A stretch of 64,000 bases of DNA from Thermoplasmata archaeon (lineage in GTDB: Archaea; Thermoplasmatota; E2; JACPAO01; JAHFTW01): assembly GCA_034667725.1 (NCBI GenBank), contig JAXDQS010000004.1, positions 43,878-107,877 on the forward strand, given 5' to 3'. This document shows positions 28,344 to 38,136 of the stretch, piece by piece (the stretch's first letter is position 1; every line of letters starts with the position of its first letter). Below the pieces are notes generated by a model. The model was given only the letters and a program-made list of their open reading frames with translations, was not told the DNA's origin and made no database searches. The translations under genes and the position numbers were made by a program.

Positions 28344-29132
28344 ATGGCAGCCCCGCAAACCCAAAGAACCGTGCGCAGCCGCGCCCCATGGCTCGCCGGC
28401 CTCGGCCTAGCAGGCGTGGTGCAGTTCGTCGTCGCCCTCGTCATGCTGCACATGGCGAACTTCCCCCGCCAGCCGTGGCACATGAGCCAGTTCGCCAACA
28501 TGCAGCTCAACTGGATGTGGGTCATGGGCCTGTTCGGCTTCATCGTCGGCGCCGCCGCCATCACCGTCGCCATCGTCCCCTACCTGTCCGGCTCGCGCGC
28601 CTCCCGCATCGGGCTCTGCCTCCTCGGCCTGGCCGCCGTCGGCGGCGTCATGCTGGCCGTGTTCCCCACCGACCCGACGCCGCACCGCCACACCCTCGTC
28701 GGGACCATCCACAACGAGGTCGCGCCGCCCACGTTCGCGAGCCTCAGCCTGGCCATCGTGATGATGGGCCCCGCGTTCCGCTCCAACCCCGCCTGGCGCC
28801 CGCTCGGCGCCGTCAGCATCGTGCTCGGAGGCCTCGCCGGCCTCGCCGCCCTCGGCTACGTCTGGGCCGACATGAACGAGCAGCCGGTCGTCGCCGTGCT
28901 GCAGCGCATCATGGTGGGCCTGGTGATCGCCTGGTTCATGCTGCTCGGCCTGCGCCTGCTGGCGGTCCGCCGCATGGAGCGCCGCGAGGCCGAGGAGCGC
29001 GAGCTGCGCGCCGCCCAGGCGCGGCTGGCCCGCCGCCGGGCCCGCGAAGCGGCCCGGGCGGCCAAGCGCGCGTCGGCTTCGCTGTCGCGCCCACAAGCCT
29101 TAACCGCCTCCGTTCCGCAGTCCCGGACATGA
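28344..29132 (+). CDS. DUF998-like membrane protein
   Basis: HMSQFA, FPTD...H, QR in the last TM. Confidence 0.7.
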   Translation: MAAPQTQRTVRSRAPWLAGLGLAGVVQFVVALVMLHMANFPRQPWHMSQFANMQLNWMWVMGLFGFIVGAAAITVAIVPYLSGSRASRIGLCLLGLAAVGGVMLAVFPTDPTPHRHTLVGTIHNEVAPPTFASLSLAIVMMGPAFRSNPAWRPLGAVSIVLGGLAGLAALGYVWADMNEQPVVAVLQRIMVGLVIAWFMLLGLRLLAVRRMERREAEERELRAAQARLARRRAREAARAAKRASASLSRPQALTASVPQSRT

Positions 29133-29656
29133 AGGCCGCGGCCACTTTGGCGCTGCTGTTGTTGGCGGGCTGCGCCTCGGCGCCGGCCTCCGACGAGGCC
29201 CCTCCGCTCTACACCTTCGCGCGCCGCGTCGGCGACGACGGGCGCGACCCGGTCCCGTGCGAGGCGTTCGGCGGCCACACCGTGCTGGTCGGCGTCGGCA
29301 CCACCCTGGCGGCCCAACCCCACCGCGGCGTCGCCCCCTTCGACGCGGTGGCGCAACTGGTGGTGCCGGCCAACACCTCGGCGCTGGTGCTCGACCTCTG
29401 GTGGGACCAGGGCGCCGCCGCCGGCCTGCGCTCGCACGTGCAGGGCCCGGGCACCGACCTCATGAGCGACGTGCAGGCGGCCGCGACCGAGGAGGCCCCG
29501 CTGCGGCTGCGCATCGACAGCCCCGCCCCCGGCCCCTGGACCTGGCGCGCCCTGGCCGACCCGGCCGCCGTCGGCGTCGTCGTCCACTTCCAGGAGGGGC
29601 TGTACCGCCTCACTCCTGAGCAGAGCGGGTTCGGCTGCAACAAGGCCGGCGCCTGA
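29129..29656 (+). CDS. Hypothetical lipoprotein
   Basis: MKAAATLALLLLAGC lipobox; PAPGPW beta motif. Confidence 0.65.
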   Translation: MKAAATLALLLLAGCASAPASDEAPPLYTFARRVGDDGRDPVPCEAFGGHTVLVGVGTTLAAQPHRGVAPFDAVAQLVVPANTSALVLDLWWDQGAAAGLRSHVQGPGTDLMSDVQAAATEEAPLRLRIDSPAPGPWTWRALADPAAVGVVVHFQEGLYRLTPEQSGFGCNKAGA

Positions 29657-29697
29657 AGTCGCAAAGCCTACAAGCCCGCGCCCCCCATCGGAAGCCC

Positions 29698-30372
29698 GTG
29701 GCTCCCCAGGCCCTGCCCCGCGGCGACCGAGCCGTCCGCTTCGCCCTGGCAGGCTTGCTGCTGTTCCTCGCCGCCCAGGCCGTGCTGCACTTTGCCTTCT
29801 GGGGCGACAACCCGCGGCACATCAGCAGCTACGTCTATTGGGGCCCCTGGGCCGAGGCGCTGTGGAACGTCGGCGTCTTCGGCCTGTCCGGCGGATTGCT
29901 GGCGCTCGCCGTCGCCGTCCGCCTCCGCCTCCCCGCCAGCCAGAACGGCAACCTGGCCGTCGTGTACCTCGCCGGCGCCGCCATCACGGTCGCCGCCCTC
30001 GCGGTGTTCCCCACCGACAAGACCCACCTGCCCTCGACGCCGTCCGGCTACCTGCACGACGCCGCCGCCCTCACCTCGGTCGTGTGCCTGTGCGCCGCGA
30101 TGCTGCTCCTGGTCGAGTGCGGCCGCGTGGACAGCCGCTGGCAGGCCATCGCCGGCAGCTCCACCACCATCCCGATCGTCGCCACCGTGTTCAGCTTCGG
30201 CTGGGCCATCATGGACGTGACGCCGTTCGAGCAGACCTCCGAGTTCCTGCAGCGCGTCCTTGCCGCCTACCTCATCGGCTGGTTCGTGCTGGTGGCGTGG
30301 CGGCTGCGCGCCCAGCACCTGCCCGCCGAGGACGCGCCCGCCGCCGACGCCGTCAACCAGCCCGCGCGCTGA
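29698..30372 (+). CDS. DUF998-like membrane protein (paralog)
   Basis: HISSY, FPTD...GYLH, LQR. Confidence 0.7.
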   Translation: MAPQALPRGDRAVRFALAGLLLFLAAQAVLHFAFWGDNPRHISSYVYWGPWAEALWNVGVFGLSGGLLALAVAVRLRLPASQNGNLAVVYLAGAAITVAALAVFPTDKTHLPSTPSGYLHDAAALTSVVCLCAAMLLLVECGRVDSRWQAIAGSSTTIPIVATVFSFGWAIMDVTPFEQTSEFLQRVLAAYLIGWFVLVAWRLRAQHLPAEDAPAADAVNQPAR

Positions 30373-31477
30373 CCGTGCGCACCTTGGCCAGCACCGCCCA
30401 CCCCGCGCCGGCGCACAGCACGCCCACCGCCGCCACCGCCCACATCGGATGCCCCTGCGCGGCCGCCCAGCCCGCCACCGGCCCCGCGGCACCCGTGCCC
30501 GCGTAAGCCAGCACCGCCTGCAGCCCATGGCCCCGCCCGCCGCTGCGGCCCGCCTGCCGGCTCACCTGGCTCGGCAGCGCCGCCGACAAGGTCGCGTGCG
30601 CCGCGAAGAACAGCAGCCCGCCGCCGGCCACCGCCCACGCGGCGTCGAAGCCCACGAAGGCCGCCGCCCCGACCGCCAGCAGGCCCAGCGCCGCCGCCGT
30701 GGCGGCGGGCGCCTGGCCGCTGCGGTCGATGGCGCGGCTGGCCCCCGCCATGAGCACGAACGCGCCCACCAGGACGGCGGCGAGCGCGCCGTGGCCGAGC
30801 GGCACGCCGGCCAGGAAGAACACCACCGTCGTGAGCGCGAAGTTGGTGGCGAGCCCAGCGGCCCCGAGCGCCAGCACCGGCGCCGACAGCGCGCCGCTGG
30901 CCGGCGGCAGCGGGCGCGGCGGGGGCCAGCGCAGCAGCACCACTGGCAGCAAGGCCGCGACGCCGAGGGCCGCGGTGGCGACGAACAGGCCCGGGATGCC
31001 CCAGACGGGCTCGAGCTGCGAGCCGACCACGAGGCCGAGCAGGAAGCCGACGCCCGCGGGGACGCCGACAATGGCCATCGCCGTCGTGCGGCGCTCCTCC
31101 GGCACGGTCTCGCCGACGGCGGCCAACGCGGCGCTTGCGACCCCGCCGAGCCCTTGCAACAGCCGCGCGGCGATCAGGCTCCCGATGTCCTGCGCGGCGG
31201 CGGCCCATAGCGAGCCCGCGATGAACAGCAGGCTGCCGAGCACGAGCACCGGCTTGCGGCCGACGCGGTCGGACAAGATGCCCATGGGCAGTTGCGCGAG
31301 GGCGAGGGTGATGCCGTAAGCCGAGAGGGCGGTGCCCACCAGGACGGGGTCGGGCGTGAACTGGCCCGCATGGCGCGTGAACCCCGACAAGACCAGCGAG
31401 AAGCCGAAGACCCGCGTGAACACGATGCCGGCCGCCCCGCCCACGAGGCCCAGCTCGCCCCGCGTGAACCCCGGCAT
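30353..31477 (-). CDS. MFS transporter (YajR-like)
   Basis: GILSDRVGRKP motif A, ARLLQGLG, about 12 TM. Confidence 0.88.
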   Translation of the reverse strand: MPGFTRGELGLVGGAAGIVFTRVFGFSLVLSGFTRHAGQFTPDPVLVGTALSAYGITLALAQLPMGILSDRVGRKPVLVLGSLLFIAGSLWAAAAQDIGSLIAARLLQGLGGVASAALAAVGETVPEERRTTAMAIVGVPAGVGFLLGLVVGSQLEPVWGIPGLFVATAALGVAALLPVVLLRWPPPRPLPPASGALSAPVLALGAAGLATNFALTTVVFFLAGVPLGHGALAAVLVGAFVLMAGASRAIDRSGQAPAATAAALGLLAVGAAAFVGFDAAWAVAGGGLLFFAAHATLSAALPSQVSRQAGRSGGRGHGLQAVLAYAGTGAAGPVAGWAAAQGHPMWAVAAVGVLCAGAGWAVLAKVRTVSARAG

Positions 31478-31576
31478 CGCGGCGGCGAGGCGGGGACGGG
31501 GACTTGGAGGTTGCCTGCCCGCCAGCCGTCGTCAAAACCCAGAACTACCGCGGCCTCCGTCAGGGCCTTGGTCCAA

Positions 31577-31702
31577 ATGCCGACGCCCAACGACCCGCGC
31601 AGCAACGCCAAGAACCCCACCAGCCCAGAAAACAAGGCCGCGCGCGACAACCGCGCGAACCAGATCAACCCCAACAACCAAGCCACCAAGGGCAAGAAGT
31701 GA
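31577..31702 (+). CDS. 41-aa Asn/Pro-rich small protein
   Basis: MPTPNDPRSNAKNPTSPENKAARDNRANQINPNNQATKGKK; internal D-x-R-x-N-x-x-NP duplication; AAC/AAG codon bias. Confidence 0.6.
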   Translation: MPTPNDPRSNAKNPTSPENKAARDNRANQINPNNQATKGKK

Positions 31703-31733
31703 GGGCTTCGCCTAGCGCGTGGCTGGGCATTGG

Positions 31734-31754
31734 AGGCGGGAGATACCGGATTCG
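31734..31754 (-). repeat. 21-bp duplication of tRNA-Lys 3' end (att-like)
   Basis: AGGCGGGAGATACCGGATTCG identical to 31907-31927. Confidence 0.85.
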
Positions 31755-31909
31755 GCGAGGGGCCGCCCGAGCCTGCGAAGGGCGGTCCCGATGCGCTTCC
31801 TGCCGGCCGAGCGCCAGCGCGGCCGGGCGCAGCAAGCCACGAACCGGACTGCACGCTTCGACCGCCCCTCAGCGGGCGCTCTGCGCCTCGCTGGGGGCGC
31901 GTCTGCAGG

Positions 31910-31985
31910 CGGGAGATACCGGATTCGAACCGGTGAATGGCGGATTAAGAGTCCGCTGCCTTGGACCTGTCTCGGCTAATCTCCC
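31910..31985 (-). tRNA. tRNA-Lys (anticodon CTT)
   Basis: GGGAGAT/ATCTCCC acceptor, GCGGA-CTCTTAA-TCCGC anticodon arm, ACCGG-TTCGAAT-CCGGT T arm, G73; no encoded CCA, no intron. Confidence 0.9.
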
Positions 31986-32038
31986 AGGGCCGATGGCCGC
32001 CGACAAGGGTTTCGTAGATAAGGGAAACGGTGAAGGGC

Positions 32039-32950
32039 TCACTCCAGGCGCGCCCGCAGCCGGCCCAGTCCCAAGAGGACGATGCAGGCCAGGCCGATGC
32101 CGACCGCGAGGGCAGGGCGTGCGCGCAGGCCGTCCGGTCCGCCGGCCGTGGCCGGGGTGAACAAGGGGGCGATGGTGTGGCCGCTGTAGTCGCACCTGGG
32201 ATTGGTGGGGTTGACGCGGAAGCAGAAGCTGACGGAGTCTTGGGCGCAGCCTTGGACGCGGAACTCGACTTCGGCGCCGGCGACGCGAGCCATGGCGTGG
32301 ACGTGGGGGCCGCGGCCGCGGAACGTGGGGCTGGTGAAGTCGCTGAAGCTGCCGCCAGTCCGGATGTAGCCTTCGAGGTGGCTGGTGCTGCATGTGGGGC
32401 CGCGCCACCGGAGGATGGCGGAGGTCGGCGTGATGTTGGCGACGAAGACCTCGTAGCCTTCGGGCGCGGTGAGGAAGGACACGGTGTTGGGGGAGCTGGA
32501 GGGTCGCGCCGTGGTGGTGTCGGGGGCTGGGCAGGCGGGGTCGAGCGGCAGGGTCTCGAAGCACAGGTCGGCCGAGGGGGCGATTCCCCAGGGGCCGCCG
32601 CAGGAGCCGTCGGTGCCTTGCACGGAAGCGATGAAGCGGTGGCCCGGCGCCAGGGCGGTGAGGTTTGCCTCGAAGGCGCGGATGCCGGCTTGCGCGGGCG
32701 TGCGGGCCCAGCCGTCGCCGGCGCCTTGGGTGGCGTCCTGGTAGGCGACCCAGGTGGTGGCCGCGCAGTTGGCGACGGTCCACCGCAGGGTGGCGTTGGT
32801 GCGCCCGACGGCGGCGATTTGGACGTCCACGATCCGCGCGGGCGCCGGGTCGGAGGGGCCGCTCGTCGTGGTCGTGGTGGGGCTGGGGGAGTGCGCGCCG
32901 GCCGCGGGCAGGACGAGGAGGGCGAGCAGGAGGAGGATGGCCGTGCGCAC
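32039..32950 (-). CDS. Secreted/anchored protein with two fibronectin type III-like repeats
   Basis: Signal peptide; TNATLRW and TSAILRW repeats; paired Cys; C-terminal TM + basic tail. Confidence 0.68.
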   Translation of the reverse strand: MRTAILLLLALLVLPAAGAHSPSPTTTTTSGPSDPAPARIVDVQIAAVGRTNATLRWTVANCAATTWVAYQDATQGAGDGWARTPAQAGIRAFEANLTALAPGHRFIASVQGTDGSCGGPWGIAPSADLCFETLPLDPACPAPDTTTARPSSSPNTVSFLTAPEGYEVFVANITPTSAILRWRGPTCSTSHLEGYIRTGGSFSDFTSPTFRGRGPHVHAMARVAGAEVEFRVQGCAQDSVSFCFRVNPTNPRCDYSGHTIAPLFTPATAGGPDGLRARPALAVGIGLACIVLLGLGRLRARLE

Positions 32951-33009
32951 GACTCGGACACCCTGCGGGCCAAGTTCAGGGTTTGCAGGCCGTTGGGCGC
33001 TGGCCGAAC

Positions 33010-33777
33010 CTATTCCTCGGAGTCGCCAGCGGCTTCCTTCTTGGCCGCGGGCGCGTCGTCGGCGTCCTCGTCCTTGGGCGCGTCTTTGGGGTCGGTGGCG
33101 CCGGAGCCGTGCTCGGCGCGCAGCTTCTCCATGGCGTCCTCGTCGTCGAACTTGCTGAGGTAGTCGGGCTCGACGGCCTCGGTGACGTAGACCGACTTGC
33201 CGGCGCGGAAGATGAAGTTGCCCGCCTCGCTGGCGGCCTTGACGTCGACCTCCAGCAGGATGGGGTCCGGGTTGTGGACGCGGCCGGCGCTGTACGCCTT
33301 GTCCGGCGTGGCGCTGAGGTGGATCATGTTGCGGTCGGAGGGGCGCAGGCCGGTCTCCAGCACCAGGTCGAGCTCCTCCTCGCTGACGGGGAAGTAGAGC
33401 TTGTCCACCTGGGCCTCGGGCAGGTCGTCGAGGTTGACGTTGACCGAGTGGGCGTAGGTCGCGCGGATCATGCCGCCGTCGATTTGGTAGCGGCCCTTCT
33501 CGTCGGTCTCGACCAGCGCCTGGATGTGCTCGGGGCGCAGCCAGCGGGCGTAGTTGGGGCGGGAGTTCCGGATGGCGCCGACGAACTCGTTGAGGTCGAC
33601 CCAGCCGCGGCCGTCCATCGTCAGGCCGAAGCGCTCCGGGAAGTGGCGCAGGATGCCGGCCATCATGCGGCCGACGCGGTCGATCTCGAAGTCCTTCATG
33701 ACGAAGCGGCCGGGGGTGTCGCAGAGCGGGCAGTTCTCTCCGCGGTAGTATCCATGGGTGCGGCATTGGGCGAGCAT
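33010..33777 (-). CDS. kptA: RNA 2'-phosphotransferase Tpt1/KptA with N-terminal Zn finger
   Basis: CRTHG...CPLC; ILRHFP; KGRY; IRATYAHS; IHLS. Confidence 0.9.
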   Translation of the reverse strand: MLAQCRTHGYYRGENCPLCDTPGRFVMKDFEIDRVGRMMAGILRHFPERFGLTMDGRGWVDLNEFVGAIRNSRPNYARWLRPEHIQALVETDEKGRYQIDGGMIRATYAHSVNVNLDDLPEAQVDKLYFPVSEEELDLVLETGLRPSDRNMIHLSATPDKAYSAGRVHNPDPILLEVDVKAASEAGNFIFRAGKSVYVTEAVEPDYLSKFDDEDAMEKLRAEHGSGATDPKDAPKDEDADDAPAAKKEAAGDSEE

Positions 33778-33782
33778 GGCAG

Positions 33783-33854
33783 AGGGGAGAGAGGGATTCG
33801 AACCCCCGTAAACGGGATCTGCAGTCCCGCGCATAGCCGCTTTGCTATCTCCCC
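33783..33854 (-). tRNA. tRNA-Cys (anticodon GCA)
   Basis: GGGGAGA/TCTCCCC acceptor, CGGGA-CTGCAGA-TCCCG, GGGGG-TTCGAAT-CCCTC, U73. Confidence 0.92.
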
Positions 33855-33920
33855 GGTCGGACGCCGGTGGCGGGGGCTTGGGAAAGCCCCATCACGGCCG
33901 CGCCGACCCCAGGGGCGTTC

Positions 33921-34475
33921 TTAAACTTGGCCAGCGGCCGGGGGGAGCTTCCCCTTCTTCGGCGACAACGCCTTCGCCTGCCCGGCGGCCGGCAACCCCA
34001 GCGGCGCCCCGGGTTGGGCGGGGTTCTCCTCGACCTTCTTCTTGACCTCGCGGGCGGCGGCGGCCATGGCGGGGGCGGCCTCCTTCGCGCGGGTGGCCTG
34101 CTCGCGCTCGTCGTAGAGCTGCTCGACCACCTCCCAGACGGTGCGGATGTGCGGGATGGTGATGCTGCCGCCGACGACCAGGGCGACGTTGAGGGCGTCC
34201 AGCAGCTCGGCCTTCTTCCAGCCGACCTCGACGCAGCGGTCGCAGTGGTAGGCGATGCAGTCATTGCAGCGCAGCACCGTGGAGGCGACCAGGCCAAGCA
34301 GCTCCTTGGTCTTCTCGTCCAGGCCGCCGGTGGCCGTCAGGTCGCGGTAGGCCGCCGAGTCGAGGGCGAAGAACCGCTTGAGGTCGCGGTGGTCTTCCTT
34401 CAGCAGGTTGTCCGTCTTGCGGCGGCGGGAGGCGCGGAACTCGTGCAGGTCCATCCGGTCGGGCTGCTCGGACAC
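33921..34475 (-). CDS. Carboxymuconolactone decarboxylase/AhpD-family protein
   Basis: LDEKTKELLGL...RCNDCIAYH...VGGSI. Confidence 0.85.
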   Translation of the reverse strand: MSEQPDRMDLHEFRASRRRKTDNLLKEDHRDLKRFFALDSAAYRDLTATGGLDEKTKELLGLVASTVLRCNDCIAYHCDRCVEVGWKKAELLDALNVALVVGGSITIPHIRTVWEVVEQLYDEREQATRAKEAAPAMAAAAREVKKKVEENPAQPGAPLGLPAAGQAKALSPKKGKLPPAAGQV

Positions 34476-34537
34476 GGCCCTGCGAGGACGGGGGGCGGAC
34501 TTGGGCCTTTGCCCGTCCCACCTTGTGGACAGGTCGG

Positions 34538-34990
<453 letters not shown>

Positions 34991-35073
34991 GGCCGGGGGC
35001 AGCCGGGCGCCCGCCATCAAGGTTCAGGTCGGCGCGGCAGCAGCTTCAAGCTGGCGCCCGCCTGGCGGCGCGC

Positions 35074-35487
35074 GTGCAGGTGCGGGCCGAGGAGCTGCGG
35101 GAGCGTTTCGTGTGCGTCGTCCCCCACGCCGGCACGCTGGCGGAGGTGGACAAGACCCGCCGCCCGCTTTACCGCCACATGGTGGTGCAGGAGCTGGTGG
35201 GCGGGCCGAGCATCCTGCGGTTTTGGCCCGATGGCCGGCTGGACGCGCTGGTGCAGACGCACGCGGGCTTCGACGGCGACGAGGTGTGCACGGTCGAGCG
35301 GCTGGCGCCCGGCCCCTACGCGGTGCTGGACTACGAGGGCCCCGAGGAAGGGCTGGCCGAGGCGCGCGAGCGCATCCTGGCCTGGGTGAAGGCGAAGGGC
35401 CACCCGGCGCGGCCGCTGTTGCAGGTCCACCTCATGGACGCGATGGACGGCATCGTCGAGCAGCAGTTCCAGGTTCCCCTGGCTTGA
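35074..35487 (+). CDS. GyrI-like small-molecule binding domain protein
   Basis: LAPGPYAV..YEGP.E.L....I..W...G pattern. Confidence 0.7.
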   Translation: MQVRAEELRERFVCVVPHAGTLAEVDKTRRPLYRHMVVQELVGGPSILRFWPDGRLDALVQTHAGFDGDEVCTVERLAPGPYAVLDYEGPEEGLAEARERILAWVKAKGHPARPLLQVHLMDAMDGIVEQQFQVPLA

Positions 35488-35540
35488 CCCCTGGGCGCCG
35501 CCAAGAAAAGCCATATGGACGAGGCGGCCGGTCCCGAGTC

Positions 35541-36059
35541 GTGTTGCGCCCAGGCGATGCGGCCCCCGACTTCGTCCTGAAGGACGCCGACGGCAACGAC
35601 GTCCGCCTGTCGTCGTTCGCGGGCCATCCCATCCTGCTGTTCTTCTACCCGCGGGACAACACCGCCGGCTGCACGCTGGAGGCGAAGAAGCTGCGCGACG
35701 CGGCGGGGGGGTTCGCGCGCCACGGCGCCCACGTGGTCGGGGTCAGCATGGACTCGCCGGAGACCCATTGCGCCTTCCGCGACAAGCACGACCTGCCGTT
35801 CACGCTGCTGTCCGACGCCGAGGGCCGGGTGCATGACCTGTACTCGGCGTGGCGCACCCACCTCTTGGGCAGGCGCCCGATCGGGGTCCGGCGCTGCAGC
35901 TTCCTCATCGACGGCGACGGCATCATCCGGGTCGTCTACAAGCACGTCCGGCCGCTCTCGCACGCCCGCCAGGTCCTGAAGGACCTGGAGCGGCTGGAGG
36001 CGCAGGAGTCGTGGGGCAAGCCGACGACGCCCGGCATCAAGGAGCTGCTGCGGCGCTAG
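35541..36059 (+). CDS. BCP-type peroxiredoxin (second, 1-Cys motif)
   Basis: GDAAPDF, FYPRDNTAGCTLEA, LPFTLLSD. Confidence 0.88.
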   Translation: MLRPGDAAPDFVLKDADGNDVRLSSFAGHPILLFFYPRDNTAGCTLEAKKLRDAAGGFARHGAHVVGVSMDSPETHCAFRDKHDLPFTLLSDAEGRVHDLYSAWRTHLLGRRPIGVRRCSFLIDGDGIIRVVYKHVRPLSHARQVLKDLERLEAQESWGKPTTPGIKELLRR

Positions 36060-36553
36060 GCAGGCGGGGCGGGCGTCACTTCGACCAGCACCGTGCTGGC
36101 CTCGACGGCCGACCCTTCGCTGACGTGGACGCGCGCGACCGTGCCCGCGATGGGCGACTTGAGGTCGTTCTGCATCTTCATCGCCTCCAGGACCAAGAGC
36201 ACGTCGCCCTCGGCCACGACCTGGCCTTCCTTGACCTTGACCTCGACGATCTTGCCGGGCATGGGGGGCTTGATGCGGCCGTCGTTCTTGCGGCCGGCGG
36301 CGTTCTTCCGGACCAGCTCGGGGCGGGCGCGGCGGACCTCCAGGTCCAGCAGGTGGGGGCCCTCGAACACCTGGCCGTTGCGGACGATGAACTCGAACGC
36401 CTTGCCCTCGACCGTGACCTTGTAGTGGCCCTTCGCGAGGGTCTCGACCTTGGGCGCGAACGGCTCGCCCTCGACCACGAACTTGGGGCCTTCGGCGTGC
36501 TCCTCGACGGTGACGTGGTGCAGGCGGCTGCCCAACTGGAACGAGTAGCGCAT
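36056..36553 (-). CDS. accB: Biotin carboxyl carrier protein
   Basis: PMPGKI...LEAMKMQN biotinylation motif; 1-bp overlap with the upstream stop. Confidence 0.92.
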   Translation of the reverse strand: MRYSFQLGSRLHHVTVEEHAEGPKFVVEGEPFAPKVETLAKGHYKVTVEGKAFEFIVRNGQVFEGPHLLDLEVRRARPELVRKNAAGRKNDGRIKPPMPGKIVEVKVKEGQVVAEGDVLLVLEAMKMQNDLKSPIAGTVARVHVSEGSAVEASTVLVEVTPAPPA

Positions 36554-38136
36554 CAGAGCAGCCCCCCGATGGCCTCGCGGCGGCCTTTCTGGCCCCAGGG
36601 GGACAGGCGGCGGCGCCCGAACTCGTCGACGCCGACGTTGGTGGCGGCGCTCTGCTTGAACTGGTATGCCTTCTGCACCAGCGAGTCGATGCCGCCGGGC
36701 TCCTGCGCCAGGGCGGCGGCGAGGGCGGCGAGCTTGACCTTGGTCTCCTTCGTGACGGCCTCCTCGACGCCCATGAGGCGGTCGAGGATGCGGCGCTCGT
36801 CGAGGAACTTCGTGGTCATGTCGCCGGCGCAGAACGCCTCGTCCTCGAAGATGACCTGGTGCAGCTCGCGGTTGGTGACGAGGTTGCCGAGGTCGTACTC
36901 GGCAAGGGCGCGGCGCATCTTGCGGATGGCCTCGGGCCGGTCGGCGCCGTAGCAGATGAGCTTGGCGACCATCGAGTCGTAGGTCGAGGGCACCTGGAAG
37001 CCGGAGTAGAGGTAGGTGTCCACGCGGACGCCGTTGCCGTTGGGCGGGACGTGGCGCGCGATCAGCCCAGGCGTCGGCATGAACTTGTTGCGCGGGTCCT
37101 CGGCGTTGATGCGGCACTCGATGGCCCAGCCGCGGCGGCGGGCATCGACCCACTTCTGGTCGTAGCCGAGCGGCTCGCCGGCGGCGATGCGAATCTGCTC
37201 GCGCACCAGGTCGATGCCGTAGACCTGCTCGGTGACGGGATGTTCGACTTGGAGGCGGGTGTTGACCTCGTTGAAGTAGAACTTGCCCTCCTCGTAGAGG
37301 AACTCCGCGGTGCCGGCGTTCCAGTAGCCGACGTCCTTGGCCAACTGGCACACCGACGCGCCGACGCGGGCGCGGTCCTCGTCCTTGACGATGGGGCTGG
37401 GGGCCTCCTCGATGAGCTTCTGGTGGCGGCGCTGGACGCTGCATTCGCGCTCGCCGAAGTGGACGACGTTGCCGTGCTCGTCGGCGAGGAACTGGATCTC
37501 GATGTGGCGGGGGCGCGTGATGAACTTCTCGATGAACACCTCGCCGCGCCCGAAGGCGGCCTTGGCCTGGCGTTGGGTGGCCGCGAGCGCGCCGGCAAGC
37601 TCGGACTCCGACTGGACGACCTGCATCCCCATGCCGCCGCCGCCGAACGCCGCCTTGATGATGACGGGGTAGCCGGTGAGCTTGACGACCTCACGCGCCT
37701 CGTCGAGGGTGGCGACGAACTCGTCCTTGCCGGGCACGACGGGCACCTTGGCCCTGCGCGCCGCGACCTTGCTCGCCACCTTGTCGCCCAGGACGTCGAT
37801 TGGCTTCGGGGGCGGGCCGATGAACTTGACGCCGGCCTTCGCAAGCGCGGTGGCGAACTCGCTGCGCTCCGACAGGAAGCCGTAGCCAGGGTGGACCGCG
37901 TCGGCGCCGACCTTCTGGGCCAGCTCCACGATAGCGGGGATGTTGAGGTAGTTCGTGGACGACGCCTCGTTGCCCAGGAGGTAGGACTCGTCGGCGAAGC
38001 GGACGTGCGGCGCCTTGGCGTCCTGCGGGCTGTGGATGGCCACGGTCTGGATGCCCAGCTCGCGGGCGGTGCGCATGACGCGCAGGGCAATCTCGCCACG
38101 GTTGGCGACCAGGATCTTGCGGAACAGGGGCTTCAT
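36553..38136 (-). CDS. accC: Biotin carboxylase
   Basis: ANRGEIA, HPGYGFLSE, GGGGMG, ERECSVQRRHQK, EVNTRLQVEH, ECRINAED. Confidence 0.95.
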   Translation of the reverse strand: MKPLFRKILVANRGEIALRVMRTARELGIQTVAIHSPQDAKAPHVRFADESYLLGNEASSTNYLNIPAIVELAQKVGADAVHPGYGFLSERSEFATALAKAGVKFIGPPPKPIDVLGDKVASKVAARRAKVPVVPGKDEFVATLDEAREVVKLTGYPVIIKAAFGGGGMGMQVVQSESELAGALAATQRQAKAAFGRGEVFIEKFITRPRHIEIQFLADEHGNVVHFGERECSVQRRHQKLIEEAPSPIVKDEDRARVGASVCQLAKDVGYWNAGTAEFLYEEGKFYFNEVNTRLQVEHPVTEQVYGIDLVREQIRIAAGEPLGYDQKWVDARRRGWAIECRINAEDPRNKFMPTPGLIARHVPPNGNGVRVDTYLYSGFQVPSTYDSMVAKLICYGADRPEAIRKMRRALAEYDLGNLVTNRELHQVIFEDEAFCAGDMTTKFLDERRILDRLMGVEEAVTKETKVKLAALAAALAQEPGGIDSLVQKAYQFKQSAATNVGVDEFGRRRLSPWGQKGRREAIGGLL

